Part shown: in pieces, positions 1-12,716 of the stretch
Layout of the letters: the number at the start of each line of letters is the position of its first letter
How positions within the stretch are numbered: the stretch's first letter is position 1
Source of the DNA: Stylophora pistillata
Lineage: Eukaryota
DNA length: 64,000 nucleotides
Assembly: GCF_002571385.2 (NCBI RefSeq)
Contig: NW_019217788.1
Span: 507,201-571,200, forward strand
Reading direction: 5' to 3'
Made by a program: the position numbers and the translations under genes
The notes under the pieces: model-generated
Databases searched by the model: none
What the model saw: the letters and a program-made list of their open reading frames with translations, nothing else
What the model was told of the DNA's origin: nothing

Positions 1-1399
1 TTTAGGGTTTTATTGAAACACTATGCGCTGTTTCTTAGCCTTGATTTTGTACGCTTTATTTTACCGAACGGGTCACGGTGTTCGTCATTAATTATCTCTG
101 AGAACAGTTTATTCTGAGGCTGGCCACGAAGAAGCCATTTTCAAGGAACAGGTGAATATACTTGATATTTTTGGTAGACCAGCTGCACTTACCATGGCGC
201 AAAATTTGCATTTTACGAATAATTTCCAAAACTGGCACTCAAATAAGGATAAGCAGTCATAGATCTCTTCGGAAATCCTTTTTTTTTTTCCAAATAATAT
301 CCCGCCTTCTCTTCGCAATCTTTCGTACAAATCAATTTTGTCTTGCTCAAAGGGGGAAAAGGAAACTGTTTTAGGCGATCTCTTATTTCGTGGAGAGAAG
401 AAAATTTTGTTCTTGCTCGAATACAACCATTAACCTTCGCACACTATCTATCGATCAGATGTTTATTGGAACTAAAAGAATTTAAACCAAAAAAATAACT
501 TCCCAAGGGTTTTATGCAAGAGTGGGGCTAAGCATATAAACGGAAATCTTCGAACCTTCTCGATATGCCAAGATGTCAATGGTTTTATGATGTATGAGTT
601 TCATCGCAATTGGATCGTGTCCAAACCGTTCCCAAAAGTAGTTTCAAATTCGTAGTTAATGATTTAATCGCAGGAAGTAAAAAAGCTTATAAGATATCAC
701 GAACAAAAAACACCGGACCCTGCTAAAGTAATTAAGGCAATTTAAGGCCAAAACAAACTAGAATTAAAAATTCAGTTTAAGCTTCATGTCTAGTATATCC
801 GTCAGCGCTAAATATCATTAGATACTTACCCACAGGCCTTCATGTGAAACAAACTACATGAAATTTTCCCTGGAACTTTTAATTTTTATTAGACGTTACC
901 TCAGTTTTTGAATACTTCATTGATGATTAAATCTTGAATGCAACTTAAATGTGTTGCAAGCTAAAGGAAGAAATTTAATATCTAATGAGCTGATCCTCTC
1001 GCTAAACATTAATTCTCAAGTAGCATACGGTTTTCATCGCCTCATTGACTTTGGTACTTTTGTTTGAAATTTTCGGTCTTAAGATAATTAAGTGTGGCGA
1101 TATCCAAAGCAACTAAGCAGTACCGTTTTAAGTTACTCTCTCTGGATATTACGCGATTTCGATTAGACTCCTGCGACCAGTAACGAAGCCTTTACGATAT
1201 ATTACACAAAAGCGAAACAATTCTTATCTATTGAAAGTCAGTCGAAAGATTACTAAGAAATTTTACTGAAGTACTCTCTATGAATTTTCAAATCAAAGAG
1301 GCGGGTTGTACACTACGTGAGATTTTGAAGTCAAAACAGACGCACCAGACGCAGAAATTTTCATAAATCACGTGAGTCTTCTTTTGTCTTTTTATGTAG

Positions 1400-4300
1400 G
1401 TGATGTCTCTCAGTCCCAGTTCTAATTCTCGGCCCCAGGCTCAACTCCACGCCTGCACAATCCGACATGACTCACTATTCAAGGCCGTGTGGGACTGGAT
1501 TATACTTGCGCTCGTCATATTCACAGCAATAGAGATTCCTTTCTCTGTGGCTTTTCTAATGCCACTACAAAAAGATGGAGAGAAACCAGAACGCTTGAAC
1601 TTTTATAGAGTTACTCCGCTACTTGTCTTCAACCTCGGTGTGGACCTCATGTTTGTCATCGACATTTTCATAAATTTTAGGACAACTTTTATCAAATTAA
1701 ACACAGACGAGGTCATTAGTAATCCAAAGCAAATTGCTCTTCATTATTTGAAAACCTGGTTTGTGGTGGATTTTGTCGCAGCTATACCTTTTGAATTCAT
1801 GATCACACCAGAGGTTGATTCGGTAAGTTAAATAATCTTGTACTTACATTAATAACGGCTGCAACTGCTGTTTTAAATCTCGTAATTGCCTAAATCTTTT
1901 GTTGAGTACTAATGGTCAATTTTCATTCATCATGGAAATGATTACTCATGACATATTAAAAATAACTACAACTTTCCATTTTATCCCAGCTTGCTGAGTT
2001 GCGAGCGATTATATTCTGAGAAGACTTATCTACGACAAACGAAATTTGAGGGGCGGGGTGTAACTAAAAGAGCTCTACGTTTGATTAAGAAAACATTTCC
2101 AATGAGTTTCCAATAGAAATGACGCTTCATTTCAACTCATTTAGGCAACAACATTATTTGGACTTCTTAAGACCGCACGTCTATTGCGCCTGGTGAGAGT
2201 GGCGCGGAAACTGGACCGCTATTCAGAGTATGGCTTAGCGGTGGTCATATTACTCACATGTCTTTTCACCTTAATCGCCCATTGGCTGGCATGTATCTGG
2301 CACGGTATTGGCAACTTAGAGAAAAAGAATGACATGGGATGGATACGAGAGCTTACGGAAAACTTAAACCTGAATAATACAACAGGTCTAGATCTCCAGA
2401 CCCGCTACATTACCGCTTTGTACTTCACACTTAGCAGCCTGACTAGTGTTGGATTTGGAAATGTTTCCCCAAACACTGACGCTGAGAAAATCTTTTCAGT
2501 TTGTGTAATGATTATTGGAGGTAAGACAGCAAGGATCCAACAGTTTTTCTTTCAAACTAGTTCTTTTGCGGTGTGTGTTCAGAAAGACTGATCCATCTTT
2601 TTCTGAGTTGAGTCATTCCGGTCCTTACCAGTTTTTAAAATTTTTATATAAAAACTGATCCTAGCATTGATCTTCGCATAGAAGATCAATAGTCCTTTTT
2701 TTACAGTTGTGGGCTTGGTGACCAAGCCTTTGAACAGGAGTGAGGCTTAGGGTGACCTTGTTATGATAGATGTTGCTGCTTTTCAAATGCAAATTACTTT
2801 GTTATCATGCTAACGAGATACAGGTCTCTATCACAACAGGGTCACCCTTAGCCTCACTCCTGTTGAAAGGCTTGGCTACCAAGCCCACAACTGTAAAAAG
2901 GGACTATTGAGGACCACTAGATTGAGCAGTATGCCATTTGATAAACTTCCCTAACCCTAATTTACCCACGAGAAATCTGCCTCTTTAGGTAAAATATTGA
3001 AAAGGTTATTTATAAGAGTTGGCGTATTGTCCTTTCCGCAGCTCTCATGTATGCCTCCATATTTGGTAATTTGACTGCTATCATCCAAAGACTTTACTCG
3101 CGTGCGTCCCGTTTTCACCGAGATTTGAGAGTCATCGAGGACTTTGTCCGCTTCTATAAAATACCAAAGGCCACAAAAGAGGAGTTGGACGAGTAGTTTA
3201 GGCACGAATGGGCTTATACTAAAGGTGTTGACATGGAAACGGTAATTCAGTTTTGTTGCTCTCTCTTCTGCTTAAAACGTATGTAAGCATGGACGGGCAT
3301 CTCTAATACTTTCGATTTGTGTTTACAAATAGGTTGTGTTTACCAGGAAAGTTGCTGGACATCGTTGAATTTTGTAGAGAGCGGACCAAAATGAGGGATT
3401 ATTTATTTGGAACACAATTATATTGGGGTTAAAAGCCGGAATAATCGCGATTTTATTCAGTAACGTTCACGTCAACTTTCAATTCTTCTGTGTTCTTATC
3501 TAGTCCATCAATTCTTAAATGAGTTTCGAAAAGTTGACGGCCGTATTTCTGTAATATAATTTTTCAATAGTAAATCCTTTTTCTTCTCTATCCAGGTACT
3601 CAACCGCTTCCCAGAATCTCTTCAAGCAGACGTTTGTCTCCATTTACACAGAAATTTATTCACAGAATGCGGTGGCTTTAAAACCGCTAGCGAAGGCTGT
3701 TTGCGAGCCCTGGCGCTGCGGTTCAAGATTCGACATTACCTGCCGGGTCACTTCATCATTAAACAGGGGGACGAAGTGAAGCGACTTTACTTCATAGCCA
3801 AAGGGAATATTGAAGTTGTAAAATTCGACGAGACCATGGTAACGTTAGGTTGGTACACTACATGTTTACTTAAACTTTTTTTCTATGCCCATTAAGCCAA
3901 ATACACGCGCTTATTAACGAGTTGATCTAAACGAGGAATTCTTAAGAAAAAAAAAGATAAGTTTGTGTTTACTCTTTGGTGCAATCTCAACTGTGCTGAG
4001 CAATAACAGAGACAATGCCGACAATAACGTCGATGTCAATCAGGACAAGGGCGATAACAATAGAAATAACTATCATTACAGTTGTCTTTAGCATCGCTGC
4101 ACTATTCCCTAGCAGCCCTGCTCACTTCAACTGTTTTCCGGTGGCACGGGTTTTTTTTTATTTTATCGCCTTAGTAGTATTCGTTTCATTTATGTTGGGT
4201 CTGTTATCATGTTTTTCACTTTACTAAAAATATCCGGTAGGGGTTCAAATAATTTGTCTCAACTAACTCAAGCAATTTTGATGACAGGCAAGGGTGATGT

Positions 4301-5329
4301 TATAAGTTGTGATTACAGTACCGTGCAGAGCGTGTACATCCCTAAAGCTAACGCCAGTCTTCGAGTTCAAACACACTGTGAAATTCATTCTGTTGCCTGG
4401 TGCGAGTTAGTTGCAGTTTTAAAGGCCTACTCATCGTTTCGAGAAGAGTTCATCACACATCTCGAGTTAGCCTATAATCTTGGACACGAAGAAGAGGTAC
4501 GAATAAACGAAATCAATTGCACACGGATGCTTCATACATGCGTCTTACCAACATGGTGTTTTGCTGTACACATGTATTTTGGTACATACACAAGTAAAGA
4601 TCTTTAACGATGTAATTGCTTGAAATATACTACGAGAAAATCATGGAATTACTGCACAGTCACATACCCTCGGGTAATATGTAAGTGACTGACAGGCAGC
4701 TTTGAGTTGGTAATCCTACACCATTCTCAGACCGCTTATAAAGAAAGCTTTGTTGAATTTGATTGCCAGTCATGAATTTCAATGCTACTTTATCCATAAT
4801 AAACTTAGTCATTTTTACCTTTTTATTTGACAGAAAAATTGTGTAAAACTGTTCTTCATTTTCTTCATAGGAAGATGAAATTATCCTCTTCAATGAAGAG
4901 ATAAACGCAGGCTCTCGCAGACTATCAAACGCCAGATCGACGTTTTCGTCGCGCTCAGGAGTTGATAAACTGGAACGAACTGGCTCACCAACTTTTATGA
5001 TAAATGGCCAAATACCTCAACAACAACATTCACCCGTTGTCAATCTACATTCCCGCCATCCTGCAGGAGGAAGTGAGCCCAGAATCCACACTCTCATGCC
5101 ATCAATCCATTCCACTCTTCCATCATTACACTCGCAGTTAACTTCAACTCAAGATCACTGTACGCACGGAGCGGAAGTTAAAGTTCTCGAAAAGCGAATC
5201 GATAAAATAGAAGCTCGGTTGATAGCCATGCAAGACCGATTGACCGCAAATTTTGAGATAATTTTATCTCACTTACGAAGAAACAGCAGTGGTGGCTCCG
5301 CACCTGATCTTAGAAATACAAATGTTTGA
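1400..5329 (+). CDS. Erg/KCNH (hERG-like) voltage-gated K+ channel, copy 1, with an in-frame premature TAG (possible pseudogene or null allele)
   Basis: Exons 1400-1822, 2145-2520, 3042-3241, 3596-3848, 4288-4496 and 4871-5329, all GT-AG with consistent phases. Motifs: S1 [11 protein letters not shown]4 [25 protein letters not shown], pore [20 protein letters not shown]6 [10 protein letters not shown]-linker/[18 protein letters not shown]...[12 protein letters not shown]-terminal coiled coil [12 protein letters not shown]. In-frame TAG at 3194-3196. The 5' end may extend outside the window (acceptor AG 1398-1399; ATG 1403). Confidence 0.92.
2686..2910. mobile_element. MITE-like foldback element in a channel intron
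   Basis: About 90-bp imperfect terminal inverted repeats (tcaatagtcctttttt-acagttgtgggcttgg ... ccaagcccacaactgtaaaaagggactattga) around a short AT-rich core. Confidence 0.8.
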
Positions 5330-7146
5330 CGGGCGAATGAATGTCACTTTCCGAGTGATTGATGATTTGATCACGGGATCCAATGACTAATTTTTCAAGA
5401 TTAACGAGCTAACTTGCTTGTTACGGTTATTGGCACTGTTGTAAATAAAGTGAGAATGGTGATCGTGTTTAGTTGTATAAAGCTTGAAATGATGATCAGA
5501 GATATTTATCGACGCATATGTACATTATATGAACAATTTCGCATGCCATGAGTGCAGCCCTTACAATTGCGTCAAACAATGTGTCGATCCATGGTTGACA
5601 AACAGAAGGAATTCATTTTTGTTAGAGGACATTTATCCATTTATCAACTTGTGCAAGGAAAGATTTCTTCTTTCTTTTGCTATTTACTACTTCTTTCTAC
5701 TCGCACAACGGTTTGGACTTTGCGGATGGTGACAATACGCAGTATGAGTGTTACATATGACCTCATTACTGGTCTGGTCCACTTTAGAGTTCTCCGTGGC
5801 TCACTTACAGAGAATGAGGGCCCAGAGTCCAAAGCCCTAGTAAAGGACTCCGTGTTGGGGACCCTGATTATCTTTGTCCTACACTCTAAAAAATAGTTTG
5901 TAACCGAGTTTAAAGTTACCATTTTTATTGTTATCATAGAGTGCTCATTTTTCACAAAGTTCATGTAACTTCACCGTTACCATTCCGTTCTTTAATTTAC
6001 CGTGCTGCAATGATGTCATCGGTTCCTTACTTCCTATGTTGGAACTGTGAACCAGTATTTATGGTTGAAAAATAATTTTTTTCTGAAATAAAAAAAAATC
6101 GTTCAGCTTCAAACAATGAAAGCCTCTTTCAGACGACCGAAATATAAACAATTTAAAACTGTTTGACGATAGAGCATTAGAGCTTTTACTATGCTTTTTA
6201 CTATACTGTTCACTTTACTTTTCACTTGATCTAACTGATGATAATTCACATCACTCCAGATCGATCGGTGAAGAAAATAAGCTTTTTAAATCAAACTTTT
6301 TGGTAACAAAAAATTTACACGATATATTCATTTCATCTGTAGGTTTATTTGTGATAATTTTTTTGAATAAATCTGTTTGAATACTTTTAAACAAGTTCTT
6401 ATCTGGTAAGATGGATAAATAAATAAATAAATAAATGAATAAATAAATACATAATCTATAACAGATAAATCGTTAACAGGATTTGTAATAAAAAATATTC
6501 ATTAAAAGTCTTTTATTAGAATGTTTGTTGACGAGGATGAGCTCTCGATATAACCATTGTGTCAGTGGCGTTTTCACGCGCGCGCTTGACTTCGTTCTCT
6601 CCCTATCGCGCGTTCCACTGGTCACGTGAGTATAAACTTGCATCATACGAATTCGTTTTTTTTTTTAAAAGCTTTTCCATGATAAAAATCGATCACGGAT
6701 TTCTGGTAAGAGAGGCATATCACTTTACTGTTCCTGTATAATGTTCTTCTCGCTTGTATTTGTTTCAATCGATAAAACGAAAACTTTGCACGAAGAGCAG
6801 AGACATAAGCTTTGCTCATAAATTTCTTACGCATTGCAAGTGGTGCAAGCCTTCCTCTTAATTGAACTGGCGAATGACGATAACCAGTTATCTGTAAATC
6901 ATTTTCTTTTGCTATGCATTTACTTAGTCATATAGAAAGTCTTTCCAGATGATAATTATTTCTACTTGAAACTCTCTGTTTTGGTAAACATTGTCAAATG
7001 CAGCAAAAATAAGCACAAATGTCATGAAAGTATGTTCACAAATTTGAACAAGCCGTCATCGTACGATGTCAGTATTTTAGATTTAATTTCCGGTTTCCTT
7101 TCTAATTCAAGGCAGCAAGGAAATTCATGCTAAAAAAGAGCCAGTC

Positions 7147-10100
7147 ATGCAATCTAGGGTAAGTATATACATGTGTCCTGTCTTAACTCATTGCTTCAGC
7201 TGAGCTCTATCTGGAGCGACATTGTTCGTTAAATAAGTGCGTAATTCTCATAATGGGAAGCCACATGTATGTTTACTAAAAAGTACCAAGCTAAAGTACC
7301 AATCAGACTTAATCTTGATGGTTGTTGGCTGCCCTCAGTATCTTGACATATTAGGGTTTTTTATCGCAGAAAATACATAGCAAGTCACACGTGGCCAATG
7401 ACCCGCCTTACAAGAAAACAACGTTCCTGATACGTCATGATTCCCTCTTTAAGGCCGTGTGGGACTGGGTCATCCTCGCTTTTGTCATTTACACCACAAT
7501 TGAGATCCCTTTCGATGTAGCGTTCCTGAGATTGAGGCAGACTGGTGCCAGTGCCTCTCGTTTTGGCATTCCAACGTCTCTTTCCCCGATCGTCGCCATG
7601 AACGTTTTCGTGGATTTGCTCTTTATAATCGATATTCCGATCAATTTTCGGAGTGCAATTGTTAACAAGCATACCGAAGCGGTTATTAGTGACCCCAGAG
7701 AGATCGCAGTTTTTTACCTCAAGTCATGGTTCATTGTGGATTTTGTGGCAGCTATTCCGTTCGAGTTCGTAATTGATCCTGAGCAGGAAGGGGTGAGTGT
7801 ATCTTTGATCAACACATAATCTTTAGTCTGTCAGGTATGACGCTATGGGGTAGGATTTTGATCACAGCATCTATACCTGAAGTCATTTGCAGCAAGTAAC
7901 ACCGACTAATTGGCGATCTATAGTTTTTCTTTAATAATTTATTGTATATTTGTTCCAGGCCACCACACTCGTGGGTTTGTTAAAGACCGCGCGGCTCTTG
8001 CGCCTGGTGCGGGTGACGCGAAAATTGGACCGTTATTCAGAGTATGGCTTAACTGTCGTTCTGCTGCTCACGTGCCTGTTTATGCTCGTTGCTCATTGGC
8101 TAGCTTGTATATGGCACGCTATTGGAGCTGCTGAGGCACAAAGTGAACATGGCTGGCTAGCTTTACTTGCCCATAACATCAACAAACCAATAAATCAGTC
8201 TATTCCAACAAGCGGACCAACTCTTAAGACTAGGTACCTCACTTCTCTGTATTTTACTCTGAGCAGTTTAACCAGTGTGGGGTTTGGAAATGTTGCTCCA
8301 TCTACGAACAATGAGAGGGTTTTTTCCATTATCGTGATGCTTATGGGAGGTGAGTGATTTTTGGACTATAATTTGCGATTCAGGGTTTTTTTTTTTCCTC
8401 AAGACTTCCACCAGCATCATTAGATCTATTTTCTTTAGGGACATTAATTTGCCAATGGTAAGAGTCCATTTAAAAAAGTGTTTAGACACTTTTGATATAA
8501 TTTTTGATAAAAGAGTACTTTATTTCATGAATTTAAGCCTTGATGTACGCTACCATATTTGGTAATTTGACGGTGATTATCCAGAGGTTGTACCTTCAGA
8601 CTTCTAAGCAGCACGAAAGCCTTCGACTTATCCGGGACTTTGTGCGCTTCTACGATATACCGCGGGCTCTGCGGGAAGATCTCGATAAGCACGTGATAAG
8701 TGACACTTCTGCGATGACAATGTCGGATATCAATAAAGTAAGTTTCTTAAATCTTTTTTCGGGTGACTTTTTTTCCTGCCTTCCTTCCAAAGAGGCCTCC
8801 TCGTTTAATTTCGGTAATTCAAGGCCATCGTTGCCTTCTTACTTTGCAAATAAGTTGAAAACTATCATATCCTCAACGAATGTGGTTGAAGTATGTTTTA
8901 CAATTTTCTGTAGAGTGGAAGCTCTAAAGGCTTATTTTCCACTTAGAAAATTCCTAATACCAAGAGACTATAACCTCTCGCTGATACATAGTATGTTCAT
9001 CTTTGCTCCGAAGGTATTAAGCTTGTTCCCAGACAGTCTTCAAATTGACATCTGTCTTCATATCCACGGTAAACTGTTCGAGGAGAATTCTGCCTTCAGC
9101 GCCGCCGTTCTCAGCTGCAAGCGGTCACTCGCCTCAAAATTAAAGATTCAGCATTTTTTACCACATCAGTATGTGATCAAACGAGGAGATGAGATGAACA
9201 ACGTTTTTTTCGTCGTAAAAGGAATTGTTCACGTGGTACTGGATGAGAAGATAATTCTTGCCCTTGGTAAGGAAAAAAGCTATATGTGTGGCGTGACTGG
9301 ACCCTCGCCCAAAGCAAATTTTTTCAGTCTTCTTTCCAAAATGTTTCGAAATCCGTCATACAGACGTTCAGAAATTATACTGATTAAACAAGATCTGCAC
9401 GGCAAACTGGAATTGTCTTAAAATCGAGTTGTGTCTGCATATACCCCAAGCTGCGTGTGCAATTTATTAACAACAGTTTTTTTTTCTTATACCTAGGGAG
9501 TGGTGATACAATTTACAGCGAAGAAAAATCCTCAGAAGTTAAAGCACGCGCCGTTGCCAACGTGATCGCACAGACCCCTACTGACATTCATTATATCGAG
9601 TGGAGCGATTTGACAGCCATTTTCAAAATTTATCCTGTATTTAGAGAAGACTTCTTGGCAAGGATGGTCTTCGCATATCAAATTGGAGATCACAAGAAAG
9701 TATGTTTAGTTTCAATATGATCGCGGTATTCCAAATTAAAGGAGCATCTACTAGCACTATTAATTAAAACTGCACTTGCATAGAATACGCTTTTCTTCAA
9801 CGGCGTTTGTTTAGTATGACTTTCGCACCTAGCCAGGGGTGGGTGGGGCGCTTATTTCTTCATTTTCATCATTCATATTCCTGAGTGGAGAGAGGCTCTG
9901 TCAGAGTAAAGGGTCTTGGGTCTTCGATCTTCAACAACACAGCACGCCAGTAAAAAAAAATGAAAAAACAAAGTTAAACTAACAGTCCGCGAGTAAAGAA
10001 TAGCGCGATAGGATACAATCGGTACTTATTAGTGAGCTCTAATGAACCTCAAGGACTCACAGGAATGAATTAAGAAGAAATTATTACCTTAATGGACGAT

Positions 10101-10599
10101 TTTACACTGAGGGGTAAAGCTTGAGAGTGACTGGTCTCTATGATAATATCTTAGGTCGTGTGATTCGAAACTAGGAAACATCACTGCGATCGGACGAAAA
10201 CAAATCTAATATACACAAGTTATGAATCACAATTTCTTAAGAAAGAGAACAAAAGCTTCTGTCGAGAATTTTTTGTTCAGCCTCTAAAGAATTGATCCAA
10301 ATTGTGTTTCCTTTCAGGAGGAGGAAGAGATTGAACAATTCGTTCGATCTCCTAGGAGACTGGAACCAAATGCAGAGACATATTCTAAGACAGATATAGA
10401 ATCTCCAAATACTAAGAAAGACATAAGTAATCTAACTTTACAACCGTCTCCGAGTTCAATCGAAATGAAAAACGTTCAAGAAAACTTGAAGGTCATCGAC
10501 CAAAGAGTCTTACACATGGAAAGAAAGTTGTCTGCAATGATGACTCTGCTGAACAAGATATCTGAAGCAGAAGGGGATGGAGGGAATGAAAGAAAATGA
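7147..10599 (+). CDS. Erg/KCNH K+ channel, copy 2 (tandem paralogue, PAS-less)
   Basis: Exons 7147-7158 (tentative ATG CAA TCT AGG|gtaagt), 7370-7792, 7959-8349, 8538-8737, 9014-9266, 9497-9699 and 10318-10599 (TGA). Same intron positions as copy 1. Motifs: [69 protein letters not shown]-terminal coiled coil [12 protein letters not shown]. Confidence 0.9.
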
Positions 10600-10908
10600 T
10601 AATAATAAATAATACTTAAGACTAGTTAATCTTGTCGGTAACATTTTTACTTCTCAAAGTTTGCCGTTGGAAATCGTTAGTGTAGGACCCACATTCCATA
10701 ACATAATGGGGTCATGCTGGCGACGTGGTCCTGAAAGATGGATAAATAAATACTGCGTTTTTTTTTTTCTTTTGCAAGTACTCTATCCGTTTCCCCAATG
10801 GTTTTCATTACAGTAAGAACTTCCCGTTAAGTCACCCCAACTCCAGAACCCTTCTCTAATGCGTTCATAACCCGAACGCCTCCCCTCCAAGTCATTCCCA
10901 TCTGTAAA

Positions 10909-11779
10909 GGCCCGACCAAACGATAAATGTGTGACGATCCAACATGTTGGGTGAACCAACATTTTATCGTTTTGCCACCGTGTTTGATGACCACTCAACG
11001 TGTTGGATGATGTTGGAACATGTTTGAAGCAGTATCAAACATTTGATCCAACATTTCTTTTGTTCTCATGTTGGATGTGTGAAATTTTTTTCGTTTGGCC
11101 AGTCTCAAAAACATGTTGCATGCGTGCACGCGCATTGTGACTGCAAACTCAGTCGTTACCATAGACACCGTTAGCTTGCCTCAGTGTAGTTTGAATATAA
11201 TGGAAGCCAGCGAGGAAGCAGCGCCGGCAGAATATCGCTGAAACTTCTACCAAAAAAACACCCAAACAAAAAGTAAGACGTTGGAGCGACGAGGAAACCG
11301 ACCGATTGATCGACCCATTGGAAGAGAATAGATGCGTATGGGAAGTTTTTTGTGCCAAGTACCGCCTGAAAGACAAGAGAGAACGAGCACATTTTTTTAT
11401 CGATCGGCGGCTAGTTCTCGAACAATATTGGTAAAATAACCACTCTCTTGTCGTCTTCTAATCCATTCTTTTGTTTTCCCTCGTTTACTTGCTCTATCCT
11501 CGGTTTCTTCAAGCTCGCCAAGCACTAATAACACTGATAAACAATGCTTAAATTTCTCTTTCCTCTCCGCCACGTTTCAAACATCCGTGGATGTTACAAC
11601 GTGGTGTGCGCTGGAAAATATCCTTACCCACAACCCTTTGCGTCCCATGTTTGATCAAACGTGTTGAATGGATGTTTGGTATCGTTTGGCCACCCCGGCC
11701 CCTAATTTACAACATGTTGGACTGTCCAACATGCAACCATCGTGTTGGATCGTCCAAACATATATCGTTTGGCCGGGCC
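10909..11779. mobile_element. Non-autonomous PIF/Harbinger deletion derivative
   Basis: TIRs ggcccgaccaaacgata ... tatcgtttggccgggcc with AAA/TTA flanks and subterminal ccaaca/tgttgg repeats. + strand MADF/Myb-like remnant (WSDEETDRLIDPLEENRCVWEV, ~11282-11390). - strand transposase N-terminal remnant (KEWIRRRQESGYFTNIVREL, ~11405-11570). Confidence 0.8.
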
Positions 11780-11910
11780 TTAATACTTGGGGCCCTGGAG
11801 TTTAATATGTGCCTCCAGAGTGCGAAGAGACAAACAAACGATGCTATGGACAAGAGGTGCAGGAATTTCCCGCTCCATCTCTGATGATCTGTCTTAATTT
11901 TGACACCTGT

Positions 11911-12315
11911 CAGCGGTGGATCCAGGTTTGGAAGTGAGTAGTTTCCACCCGAGGAGATACTCCCACTAGGGGGGGTTCGGGGGCATGCCCCCCAAGAAAA
12001 TTTGAAATTTCGAGCCCTCTAAATGCTATTTCCTGCATTTTCAGATAATTTAATTGCACTAAAGAGAGCAAAATAGCATGTACCAAAAAGGCAAAAAGAT
12101 TTATTTTTAAAGTACTACGTGAAACCCTCTGATCTACTAGCATCAGCTGCTATGCAAACCTGTGTCACTGATGTGTGTTCACTAAGTCCAGTATTTTCAG
12201 GAAAGTCAAGTCATCTCTAGAAACGGATCAGTAGTTTCTAAAGGGAGATCAGAGTGTTTTTGAAAAATTTGAGTGAGTTCCGGAACTCACTTAAACTACC
12301 CTGGATCCAACCCTG
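11911..12315. mobile_element. Non-autonomous DNA element with CAG..GGATCCAG termini
   Basis: cagcggtggatccagg ... cctggatccaaccctg imperfect inverted ends; internal ggggggttcgggggcatgccccccaagaaaattt motif typical of small cnidarian elements. Superfamily not assigned. Confidence 0.6.
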
Positions 12316-12556
12316 GCCTGTTTGATTGAAAGCTGTCAAGAGAGAGTGCCAAGTGATTTCATTGTTTCCTTTCTGTGAACCAGACTGTGGTGCGAAAAGT
12401 TACTTCGAGGTTATTACCGATTCTTTCCAATTGCCTTACTGAATGAGGCATACTTACCAAAACTACCAAACGAATGTTGATGACTGATATTAATCACAAT
12501 GAACTGAGAGTATTACTTTTGTTCGCCGAGGATCTCAAGAACCTTTCACAGAAATC

Positions 12557-12631
12557 CACGTGACCGGAAGTTGAAAAGGGTGCAAATTCCAAACAGTGTT
12601 GTTGATTTCAAAAATGGCTACTGTGCCATGA
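12557..12631 (+). promoter_or_regulatory. Housekeeping-type promoter motifs upstream of N4BP2
   Basis: E-box CACGTG directly followed by ETS-like CCGGAAGT (ccacgtgaccggaagttg), then a YY1/TISU-like aaaatggc at 12611-12618, about 100-160 bp before the ATG at 12717. Confidence 0.45.
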
Positions 12632-12716
12632 TCAACAGCTTGCACATTGATTTTGGTTTAGTTAAGAAATGATATAGAAGATTTTATATTAATTTAGCTT
12701 GAAATGACATTTCAAA

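Noticed and set aside
1371-1399. Intron from gtgagt (1371) to the acceptor at 1399
   Set aside because: Only 29 nt, too short for a credible intron. The upstream exon remains unidentified.
3194-3196. Selenocysteine or pyrrolysine recoding of the Erg stop
   Set aside because: Sec uses TGA, Pyl is not known in animals, and the homologous residue is Tyr.
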